64,000 nucleotides of DNA from Lingula anatina. Taxonomy: Eukaryota > Animalia > Brachiopoda. Of this stretch, positions 14,601-27,100 are shown piece after piece. The position numbers and the translations under genes are program-made. The notes below the pieces were generated by a model. The model was not told the origin of the DNA, searched no databases, and saw only the letters and a program-made list of their open reading frames with translations. The stretch covers positions 310,001 through 374,000 of the forward strand of contig CM120646.1 in assembly GCA_051362555.1 (NCBI GenBank). The letters run 5' to 3'. Within the stretch, counting starts at the first letter, position 1; every line of letters begins with the position of its first letter.

Positions 14601-16160
14601 ATGTGCCCATTGTTTCCCCTAGGTTTTCTCTTTTGACAGCATATATGCACCACTTACAACACATTTCAAGGTAAACCAATAGGCCTTTTGTCTAGAGAAT
14701 ACAGGAGTGATCAAGGGTAGGAAAATGCAAGTCAATTCGAAAATCTGCTTGATTGTACCATTTTTAGTTATATTTTTTTGCATATTTTGAGAACTCTTGT
14801 TGATTGCATTTTATAGAGCTTGTCAAGCACAAGACTGGTGAGGATGTCCCTTTTTGGAGGGGGGGGGTTCCATACAAATGCGCTTACTCCAGCTGGTGGT
14901 ACAATATCCGGAGGCGGTATCGCCTCTCTGATCCTCTAGTTGAATATATAGTTACAAACTTGCCTTTTGATACAAAAAAATAAAACTGCTATGTTCTCCA
15001 AATGTTTCTCTAGACAGACTGTTGCAATGATAAATTGTAGGGGAAAACAAAACAAAGTTCTTGTAGCAATAGTGAATTTTTTTTCGTCAACATTGGCATA
15101 GCCCCTTCTCTCCTAAGGTTCTGCCAGATGGCGCTGTATGATGGAGAGTTATGGGAATAGGGGCATTAGTTAATTCTTTTCTGTTTATTGTGGAGAGAGG
15201 GAATTTCTTGTACTTATATCTTATGGGATTACAGGACAAATGCACTGTGATTTCTTCCATGACGGCTTTACAGGAAATGTAATTAGACCTAAAAATAGAG
15301 CCCATGTCTTTTGTACGTACAGCGGTGATGATTCTTCATTCATGTGAAGGTCTGTTACCTCAGGATTAATGGCTATTGGCTGTCTGCATCCGACGCATAA
15401 GATGAGGAACCCAGCCAATGTTGACATTCTCATTTATCTGCTTATGCCTTGTAAGAATTGGGCTTGGGTACATCTCTCTCAGCTCACATCAATTTATGGA
15501 ATTATATCCAAAAGCTGATAATGTTTTGATTTGGCTTTTACTTTTTTAATTTTTTAAAAATAGGTTCAAAAATTGACAATGATTGAATGGGAAATAATTA
15601 TTGGACTTAAATAGAATTCAGAGGTGATCTAAGTCATCTTGTTTTCAGCAAAACTCTGTATTTGTTCTCTTAATGTCAAATCTCTGTGTGCTATAAGTAA
15701 ACTGATCATTGTCACCATCATGGTGGTGGCACTTATTGTCAGCCATTGACTTGATACCCCACTAAACTAAGGGACCATTCCCACAGATATTTGGTTCGAT
15801 CTATCTTCCTGGGGAGTCTCACTAAATTGCTATCAACTTAACCAGCTTAAATGTCTGTTACGCCTAGTTAAGCCCCAGGGAGTAAGACTGATCCAGTTGG
15901 ATCATTCTAGACATGGGAAGCCAGACTTAGATTTACACAAGATATAGCTGAAGATAGATTCCCCTGTGGTAATATCATGAGCTGATTTTATCAATTTTAC
16001 TTCTCTCAGATCCACCAGAGGTGTTGCCAGTGGAACGCAATGTATATTTTCCCAAAGGCATGACGGACTACCTGCCGTGCCCCATAGATGCCAACCCACC
16101 TGTCTACACTGTCACCTGGACCAAGAATAACCAGCTGGTGGATTTGTCTAGCAATGGCAG

Positions 16161-16191
<31 letters not shown>

Positions 16192-16211
16192 TGTGTAGGT
16201 GTGTGTGTGTG

Positions 16212-16250
<39 letters not shown>

Positions 16251-19200
16251 GGAAGGGGTGAGAGAAATGAGAGAGAAAAAGAAGGAAAGGAGAGACAGGG
16301 GGGGCAGAGGGGGTGGAGAGAGAAAGAAGAGAGAGGGAGCTTTTGGCCATCCCTCTAATAATAAAGAGATATAAGATGTTCACAATCGATGTGTTGTATT
16401 TCTAGGATTGGTCTGGGTCAGGACTGGTCACTGGTGTTCACTGACATCAGGAGTGAGGACACGGGAGCCTACACATGTACTCCTTATAATGACAATGGCA
16501 TGGGAAGGAGCTCAGATCTGATGCAGGTGGTAGTAAGAGGTATGTATCCTACATCATTATACACAATATTTTTAAGACATCTTCATCCTTCAGTTTTTAC
16601 TTGATTATTATCACTGATTGTGGTGACATGTTCTCATGTTATGTATTCCGTCTTGTAGATCCCCCCTACTTCACAATGAGGCCCAATCCTTACTATCAGA
16701 GGATGCCAGGAGAGTCTGTCACGTTCCCGTGTGCGGCATCAGGGACACCATTGCCTGTCATATCCTGGAGAAAGGTAAGCACGACCATTTGGAGAAGTGA
16801 AGTGGATAGTGTGCTAATGTAGCATATTCCATTAACTATCATTATTCCATTAGCTTTTTTTAAAACCTAGGCTTGTGTCTGGAGTAATATAAGCCTGTGC
16901 AGAAATTGCACATTTTTAATAGATGGGACATTTCCATGTGAAGGTAACATAAGTCTTAAAGGGAATAATGTCCTTTTCATGTCCATTACAAAATTTTTTC
17001 ATTTTTTTTCCCCCCAGCCGGATTCCTATGTCCCTGATGACAGCAGAGTGAGTAGGGATCGCCATAATCTGACCATATCTCAGCTGCAGAAGTCAGACCA
17101 TGGGAAATATGAGTGTGTGGCCAAAAATGCTGTCACCACTGTGATAACTAGCACGCTGCTCATTATTGAAAGTAAGGGTCACACACAGGCTTCTTACTCA
17201 CGATTTTCTGTTTTGTTTTAAGATATTATGTCTTTTATAAGGTGGACACTGATGAATCTTATCATATTTTTGGAATAATAATTCATGACATTTTGATAAT
17301 CAAAAGTAAATTTGTTTATCAGAGGTTTGTGGTCAGTTTAACCTTGGGTTAACTGTTAAATTAGTACTAAATATATCTTTATCAATGGTATATTACTTCC
17401 AGTGACTACACCACATGCTCCATATAATGTTACCGTGACAACGACCCAGTTCTCTGCTAAGATAGATTGGAAGCCAGCATATGATGGTGGATACCCACAG
17501 CGTTATGTGATATGGTACCTGCAGATTACCAGAACTCATTTTGTAAACTTTTAGCTTTTTAACCTTGATCCCATCACCCTCTCAGCTGTGTATTAGTTTT
17601 GATGAGCGAATAAAGTTTTTTTTTTTTTTTATTTATTTAGGTATAGGTGCTTATTATTCATTAACTTAAAAAAGCAGTTTGAATTCTGAGCTTACTTGAC
17701 TTTAAGAAAATATGAACTTACCTGACTTTAAGAAAACACTTCAGAATAATTTGAATGCAATGAATATTTCAATTGGTTCATTTGTTTTACCCCAGGTTCA
17801 AGAGGGAAAATGACCAGGGCTGGCAGACAATCAGCGTTCTTCCTCTTGAAGCCACAAGTTTTACAATTCACAAGTTGGTCCCAGATTCAGCCTATGAGTT
17901 CATGGTGATGTCTCGGAACCAACTGGGTAACGGACTCTCTAGCAATAAAGTCTTAGCCAGAACCAAAGGTGAGGAAAATAAGCAACATGGCACATTCTGT
18001 GCTTGCAAAAATTGTCATTTTTGTAAAAGAAATTTGCATACTTTCAAATTGCAGGCCAATAGACTTTGTTTTCATATACTTATTGCTTTTTATTGGGTCC
18101 AGAAAATGGAAATATGATATTAAAAGAATACTTCAAGACACTAACCTAACTGGGAGTTTCAGGTAACAATTACAGAAGGATCACCACTTCAGCTCCTCTT
18201 GCCTGGAATCTGAAGTTCCGTACTAACATCCCTCCACTTCCTTCCTCCTTTCGGTTGCCATTGCCTTCCAAGAACGGTCGCCCTGGAAACAGAGGCGGCC
18301 GCAAACCCGACAGGAAAAGGACCCGAGGCCGCGCCAGACCCTCCACGTCCAGATCTGACCACTCTGGTAGATCCATTTTCTCTGGCACACATTTCTTGAT
18401 GTTGTTATTGTCATTGCTACTGCTGTTATTGTATTGGTGCTGCACCTGCTGCTGTCGCTGCACCTGCTGATCAGCACAGATTGTTGAGTTCTCAGAGGAT
18501 TTTGCCGTTGTTGATGGTTCCTTACGTATGTGGTTTCTAAGAATTCATAACAGTATGCTAGCACTTTGTTTGTGACAACAGGCCAAATATTTCTTAATAT
18601 TGTTTGTTTCTAGAGAAGACATAAAAAAATTACTGGATAGAATGATAAACATGATATTTTATCCCTCCTATGGATGATTTAATCATAACACTCAGCATTT
18701 GTTCACTTATTCTGTTATTGGATTATATCAACCAACACATTCAAGCTGTCACACCTAACGCATTTACCATGTCACACCTAACACATTTATTACCTCACAC
18801 ATAACACATTTACCATGTCACACCTAACACATTTATTACCTCACACATAACACATTTCCCATATCACACCTAACCCAAGTTACACCTAACACTTTCAGCT
18901 GTATTATTTTTCTACAATTTCTGTCAATGTTCTTTTTAAGCTTGATTTATTGGCCTTGTTAAAGAAGTAAAAATAATTGTTTTGTGTCCAGGTCAACTTA
19001 TGACCATGTTGTATCCCAGTCCCAAAGTTTTGTCCAGGTTCTCTTGCTTTTTTCATATGCACAGTGGTCATGTGGTAGAACACAGCTGGCTGCATTTTGA
19101 GGCACTTCTAAGACTGCCCAATTTCTATTGATATGTAATTGTTCCCCTGCAGTATTAGTGCATGTTTTACTAGCTGAAATGATATCAGGATTAAATGAAC

Positions 19201-21116
19201 ACTTTCAGTTCAATTTAATGTTGGCCTTTGTGGATTGGTGATATAACTGTCTAGAAATATGTCTGAAAGATCTAAGGGGATCAAATGAGATAAAATGCTC
19301 TCTGCTAAAGATAATTTTTGAGGGATGATTTGTTTAGTCTCTGATATTAGACATTCCGAACATATTTTTGACTTATCTAAACCATTACCTCTATTATTTT
19401 ATTATGCTCATTTGCTAGCATTTCTTGCGAAGAAAAAGGAGCATGTCCATCATTTAAATCTTTTCAGGTTTTCTCTTTCTTTCCAAGCATTAGGAAGCAT
19501 TTCTGACATATGACATCTTAATACATATTAATCTTTCAGTGTGCAGCACATACAGAAGATATAGCTGCTACCACAGGCTGTTGACTATTTCTTTATAACA
19601 CCCCTTCTTTATATTTTTCTCCTTTCTCCCTTTTTATCCCTCAAAGCTACCAATACTTTTCACCATATTTTATCAATTTCATCATCCTGTAATTGGTGTG
19701 TGAGGACACTCTCTTTTCATATCTTATTTTATGGAACTGCATGTATATTTTCTTTTTCTATTTTCAAAAAAATATTTTGTTTAATTGCTGTAGATTTTTT
19801 ATCAGCATCAAAACCAGAATAGGTACAAAGCAACTGGAAAAATTTTTATTTGATATAGTTATATTTGCTTAACATAGTGTGACAAATCATTGTTGATGAT
19901 TTTAATCTGATCACCAACATGGGAAACTGGAAAAAAAATCCTGCCATGAAATATAGATGTGAAAAAAAGAGTGTCCAAAATGTATAACATATTTCTTTAT
20001 TTTCCCCTCTAACAAATAGCACTAAGCCCAAATAGTATTTGGAAAACAAGATACGACCATGGCTTATTTCTGTTTTCTCTCTTGTAAAAGCCGTCAGAGG
20101 GAGCACTACGCCATCAAGCAGCTGGGTTCCTACAACAACAAGCACGGCTTCCACACTGACAGAGGGTACTTTCCCTTACTGTTTGCATGTTGATGGATTT
20201 ATTTTGTTCACATACTTTTTTTATAAGAATCAATGTCATGTGACCTGATATGCAAATTGCCTGATCACGTGACTGGCAATTTGACTTATCCCAAGGCTTA
20301 CCATTTTATAGACCTACAATGCTGGGATCATTTTGTACAATCAGTGCATTATGGGAATAGGCACTTCTGCTTGTTAAATTTATTCTCTTAATAACTGGTA
20401 TACTGTTGGCATAATTTATTCAGAAGCCTTTATAAAAATCAAATTGCTGAAATTTACTTGTGGAATTGGAATTTATCATGCATAGCTATGGGAGAGTCAA
20501 CTAGCTGTTATTTTGAAGTTTCCATACTTTTTTCTTTTGAAATTTAAATGAATTCAGTGGATGACTTTTCCCAAAATGCAGCATTCCCCACTATGGTGTA
20601 GGAAATGGTCAAGTGCTTTGTGACTGTTACATGTACATGTATGGGGTACGGCTGTGAATAAACTTGTTCACAAAAGCATGTCAAAGCATATTGGTAATAC
20701 ACTTATATTTGTGAAGCATGTTGTGTAAGTTTACTGCTGGTCTTTCTTTTATATCAATTATGGATGAAATTCATGTTTGTTCAATATCTTCTGTTACAGA
20801 TCAACCAATTTGTTGATGTTTTTGTGGTTTAGATTACTTCAAAAAATCACTGTTGAGCTGCAAATGGATCTGCAGACTAACAGTTCTGCAACTCAAATAT
20901 GGCTGACTTTCTTGAAAGCTTGTCACATAATCCCCTAATACACACTAAATAGATTCCCAGCAGGAATTACATGACAAGTGTTTTAGTGGGTCGGCCATAT
21001 TTGATCCATGGATCTGTTAGTCTCCAAATCAACTTCTGTAGTGTAAGTGGCCTAAATGGATATTTTCCCAGTGGCATTGAAATGGAATTATGTTGTGTAT
21101 GTGCATGCATGTACTT

Positions 21117-21147
<31 letters not shown>

Positions 21148-24100
21148 CAGCAGTATGATTTTTCTGTTTTATGTGCTATAAAAGAGAAGAAGGTAAAGTT
21201 GGCAGAGTTAGCTTTATGAGGGTTGGTTTTTTTCACCTATCTCCCTCATACTTGTAGACCTATCATGCTGTGTTACGTATATACACAGATCTCAGATATA
21301 GGGGACTTTCACAAGGACAACGGGCCTTTGGGGAAAGGCCTTTTGCTACCATGGAATGTTCTGTATTGGATGTTATGACTACAAACCCCCACTACATGTA
21401 TTTTGTTTTCAACTCCCATACTTAGAACGATTGGTTCTGCGGGTTTGTTCCCCTCTTGTTATGTCATTTAGTAGCTTACATACACATTTGCTACGTTTTT
21501 ACATATACTTTTATTTGTCATTACCTGGCATGCATTGAATTTGTTTTGAAAATGTATGATTTAGAATGAAAAGGGTTTAAGGTTTTGTTGCCAACAGAAA
21601 TGTGTTTAAGTTTCTCATCCTTTTATTTCTGTTTTATTGCATATAATTTATCTCAGTTAATTTCCTACACTGTGACTTGACATATTTCTTAAACAGTTTT
21701 ATCAAGATCATTTACTTTTCCATGGTTAGTACTTAGTTAAAGTTGCTATAATTTTGTTAGCATGAGTTTTATTCCGTATTTGCAGGCTATGATGGTTCTT
21801 TGCCTATCACACCTCCTACCAACTCCATGGGCCAGACCTACTTCCCTCGTATTGAGAGTCCACAAGGTAGGAGTGTACATGTAGAGGTGCACAAAGGCTA
21901 AGTTGAGCAACTTGTAAATATCTGTACATATAGCTGTCACCTGCATCTGTCCCTGTCGTCCAAAACCCTATTTTGGACACTTAGTTGAGCGAGTTTTCTG
22001 TCCTGAAATGACCAGCCCTCATTGTATATATCAGAACTCATCCACACAATAGGAATGTTCCAATCTTAAGAAATGATGACTTTAAAAATTCAGAGTATAT
22101 AAAATTCACATTCCCTATTTAAAATAATTGAGCCATTACCATATAATTGTGCACCTGTATGTATGCAGGAGTGTTAGCGCACATACATACCTGTGATATT
22201 AAGCAAAACACTCGTACCATTGCAAAACAGGATTTCAGTCCTTTTTACCCGAATTATCCACAGATCTCTTCAGACGCCTAAATGATGCTTTTTTTTGTGT
22301 AAAAGAATGGAATATGATTTCTATGTAGAGGTGTAGCAGCATTTTACTTTAATTTTATCATATGCCTGATGAGGTGCATTGTTTTGTGAAGTACTTGCAA
22401 ACTTCATTTCAGTTCACTTATTTATGTCACTCTTTAGGTTATATTTTACACCTTCTTATGTTCAGACACAGTCTGTACATATAGCCGTCACCTGCCTCTG
22501 TTCCTGTCATCCAAAATCCTATTTTGGACACTGCCACCATGATGATCATTACGAGAAAGCCATGTTATTGATGATTCTCCAACTTACAAAAAAAAAAAAA
22601 AAAACATTGGACTAAAATGCAGCCTGAGTTGGCAAAGCAGTCAAATTGGCTTCTTATTCTAGAAGTGATAGTTAAGCATAATGTATTATTGCATCAGAAT
22701 TTTTGCATTATCATTTTCTGCTTTTTGTCTGTACATTTGACAGCTTTGCTGCCTTGTTTGTTATTGTTGATGTGAACTGTATGTGTTTGTTATCTTATTT
22801 TTGTGTTGTAAAGTATAAAAGTATATTTTAAATAGATATAGTAAATTGACATATGAAAGCAATTATTTTGAACTTACAGCAATATAAATGGTCATTGTGT
22901 ATTGTATTAACAGTAGTCCTTACCCCTGTAATTTGAGAATATACTTTTTAAAAAATTGTCATGTATCAAACATATTTTTTCTTGGTGAGTAAAGTTCCAT
23001 GGAAGTGATGTAGGGAGTGTGTTGTCTGTTTCCAGGTCCGCGTCCAGGCACCCCAGAAAACATCACCGCCATCTTGTTTGACAACGGGACCATACGCGTG
23101 TCGTGGGACCCTCCTACTGCATCCCAAGTGCCAATTTTCTACTACCATCTGCGATATCGAAAGCTGGGCAGTGCTCGGTGGGAAACGACATCGGGAAAAA
23201 TCAAACATCCCCAAACTTACTACACCTTACGAGGCCTTCTGGAAGGTGATACGTACCAGTTCCAAGTGATTGCGTACAGCTTGTATGCATACAGCTATCC
23301 CAGCAATGTGGCCGAGATTGTCATAGACAGTAGGTGTCAGGCAGTCAGATGTCAGAAAATAAGTTAACAAGAAAGTTCCATCCAAAATACATGTAAACAT
23401 GCATGTTTAATGAAAAGATATAGTTCATATTGTTTAAAGTCGCTTTGATGCATGTATTATTAAAGCAAATTTACTCATTGATATCACATCATCAGGAGAT
23501 CCCAGTCATCTTCATCAGGAGCTAAAGCCACATTCACAGCCTGTTGATCCTCTGACTTACTAGTCCCTGAATCAAATATGGTGGACCTAATTGAAAGCGT
23601 ACTAAATTTATTTGCTCTGCCCCTGCAGGGTTGGCGCAAGTGGGAGTGGGGATCCGTTGTCAAGTGCACGCCATATTTAATCCACAGACTAGTTAGTCCA
23701 TGGATCAACTGGTTCTGAATGTGTCATAATATGTGCATGTTCTGAGGTGGAAAATGAAACTGTTACTGTGTTAAAAAGTGTGCATGTTTTACTAGTTAAA
23801 ATGGCATCATGATACAGTGTATATCAGTATATAATCCTTAGTGTAGATATCTATACATTTACTTATCAATCCCTACATTGGTTATTCATCTACAAAATAA
23901 CTTCTCCATTCTCTCTTTCCATTCACAGAAGTGGTCCCGGTGAGCATCCTTAACGCAGGGGGGATTATCAGCATTGCGGTGGGCTGCGTCCTCATTCTCA
24001 TTATTACCATTATTATCATTGTGGTTGTGTGCCGAGTAAGAAGGCAGAAGAAGAAGAGAAGGAAAGAAGAGAAATACGGTAAGGGAGAGGATTGTGAACT

Positions 24101-27100
24101 GAAGATTGAACTAGAAGTGGTGTAATCATTAAATCCAGCTGCTATTGTCATCAAAGACTTCATGCTTTGAAAGCAACATCCTCCTTTACCTTCAAGCTTT
24201 TTAAGAAAAAATCTTTGTTCATCTTGAAGAAAAAGCATAAAAATTACTATTATAGTATTATTACAATTATTTACTGGTTGAATTTCACTTTTTCACGTCT
24301 TTGTGAGTGAGTTGATATTTGCAAAAAAATTCAAAGTCATAGGTTTGGACATGGTTTCATCTACATGACATTGTCTTTTAAGGGATTTTTTTTCTTTTTT
24401 CAGGTGATATCAAATATGATACTCCAAACCATGTAAATGCATTTAATAAAAAGTAGGTATCAAGTGAAAGAGAAAATGCAAGTTTTTATCTTAAAAGAAG
24501 TAAAATGTAGTATTACATTTATTACCCTGAGAACTTTTTTAAAACCTATGATTCTTACATCATCTTAAAAGTTTCTAACAAACATTGGAAAATGATTATT
24601 CAAAAATTCTCTTAAATTAGGCTCGGTTCAAGTCAGAGATAGCATTTTAAGTAAGCTGCTGAAAGTGTTTAGTCAAAGGTCAAATTTTGGAAAAGATAAA
24701 TCGTTTGTATTTCCTGACTAATTCATAAACTGACTAAGTCATCAACTCTGCCTGCTCCTGCCCTGATTTGTATGTCATAGAAATGCAGAATTCTGACTTG
24801 CACCTCGTCTGACTACTCTGCAGCTGTATTATCAGTGATTGTTAATATGCTGAAGATTCCTTACATTCTTGCTGACTAATCTCTAATTGTGTGCTATTTT
24901 GAACTGTGTTAACATCTTCCTTCTACCTTGCTTTAAAAAAACAGCAACAATAAAGTAAAGAAAGGTACTGCTTGTTTACCATATTATTCATGCTTGTGAG
25001 TGTTGTATGTGTCAATGTTTTACAAGAGCCAAATTGAATGTAATTATTACAAACACTTAATGTTGGTTCCCAAATCTTACAAAAATCTCTTGAATTCAGT
25101 AAGGCTTCAGTTGATGTAAGGATCCCCACTTCTAAATGGAAGGTTTACAATTTGTGATAAACAAAGATTTAGGGGTAAAATATTCCATAACTGTTGATTA
25201 CTAAGGTAGACCTGGACAAAACTGTAGATTGTGATTTTAAAAAAATTGATTGAAAACCTTTCAGAGACGGAAAGAGGGGAAAAATTATGTGGCATGCTGT
25301 ATTCTGTCTAGTCCAGTTATTATACAAACATATATTGTAATAATACTGGTGCCAGGATGTGATGTTATTTTTGTTAATTTCATGGTGTAAGGTAAATTAA
25401 ATGACAGGTTTTTATGGTTGTTGTATTCAACCTTTTTTTATTGCATGATGGGTAAATAAGATCAGTTGTTTACTATAAATATTCATTGGAAAATAGTTCA
25501 TCATACTCCTATGGTTTACTTTTATATGGATGTATGTGTTTGGTTCATGTTCTATTCACGTTCACTTTGGCTTTCGTTGTGGTTTTGTTTTTTGCTTCTG
25601 GCAGCTGTAAAGCTCACATTTGGAGGCACTCATTGTCACTCGGCAGCATTCATTGTCATTCAGGGACATTGGGTATCATTCAGGGACATTTCACCCAGAA
25701 ACATGGGGCGTCATTCAGGGGCAGATCCAGAACAGTTGGGCAGTTTCTGCTCCTGTAGAAACCTTCCTGACTTACCTCTGCAATTTAGACGTTACTTCAC
25801 TTTAGGAAGGACACCCCTTGCCCCTCTGATTTGAAATCTTCAAATATTTCATGCAACAGAAATCTGTTTTATTATAGTGCATTAACTATTTGGGAGGACC
25901 CCAGCAGTGCTTAAACTCCCCCCCCCCCCCCCACCCCCGCCATGTTACACCCACTTCTAAAATACCCTGTATCTGTCCCTGGTGCAAACTATTTGCTGAG
26001 GAGAGAATGCAAACTGATGGAATTACTAATATTCTACAGCAAAATAATACTTAACAGTAAAAAAAAGTATGGGGACTTTTTATACAATCTGATAAATAAG
26101 CTAATGTAACCTGCAATGTGTTCTAATTCTTAACTTATTATGACTGTATCAAATATGTTCTAAAGATATTTAATAATTTTTTTTCATTTATTATTCCAGC
26201 CAAGAGAAAAATGCCAGAAAAGACGCAGATGGCTTTTCGGGTTTCAGTGGTGTGAAACCTGAGATATACGTGGTCCACGGCCCCCAGGAGACCACTGACC
26301 CTTACAAGGACAATTTACTGGCCGCAGAAAAATGGAACAGACCAAGAGATAAAAATATTTTTGATAGAAACTTCATTGGCTATGAGCCAGACAAAGTGCG
26401 TAAAGTCCATCGCGACCATGGGGGTTCATATCCAGTAGACATTGACTTCTACCATCACCCTAGTGAAATCCATCGCACAGCAGATGGGAGGTTCTTACCG
26501 TGGAGCGATGGTGATAATTATGTCAACATGGACCATCATGATGTGAATGACATAATCAGTGAGCCTCATGTATATTTTACCCCAGGAGCGGGACCCCTTG
26601 GTACCTACAATGACCACCCCTCAGCTCGCCTGCGTACCACAGAGAGTGGAGAGCATCTCTCTCGGAGAGACTCTTATGAGGATGCCATCAGGAGATACTC
26701 TCCACGTCCAGAAGAGTATGATACAGGGCAATACTCTCCTCGTCGTAGGGAAAATGAATACAGGGGACAGTTTGGGCCAAGATTCCAACCACAACAACAT
26801 GGCCGCATGTCCCCAGGGCCAGTGTTTGAGTTTGACCCGCGGAGAATGTCGCAGCAGTTTAGAGACTATATTGCCAACCCGCCAAGCAGTCAGTATATTC
26901 CCGGTGGACCCCCAGGGAGTTACCTGCCCACTCCCCCTGGGGATCTGTACCCAAGGCGGGGGTCTCCAACCCCCGGGGACGTTGGATACCAGAGAAGGTT
27001 CATCCCTAGATCTCAGGAGGCACACATTCCTAGGAGGTATCAACCTCGTCATCAACGAGACAGTTACGATGACCAGCAGCCTCATTTTCAACCATGGGAT

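Noticed and set aside
25605-25758. Possible extra exon (ggcag|CTGTAAAGCT...)
   Set aside because: The nearest donor gives an incompatible phase, the peptide is unrecognisable, and it runs into a MITE.
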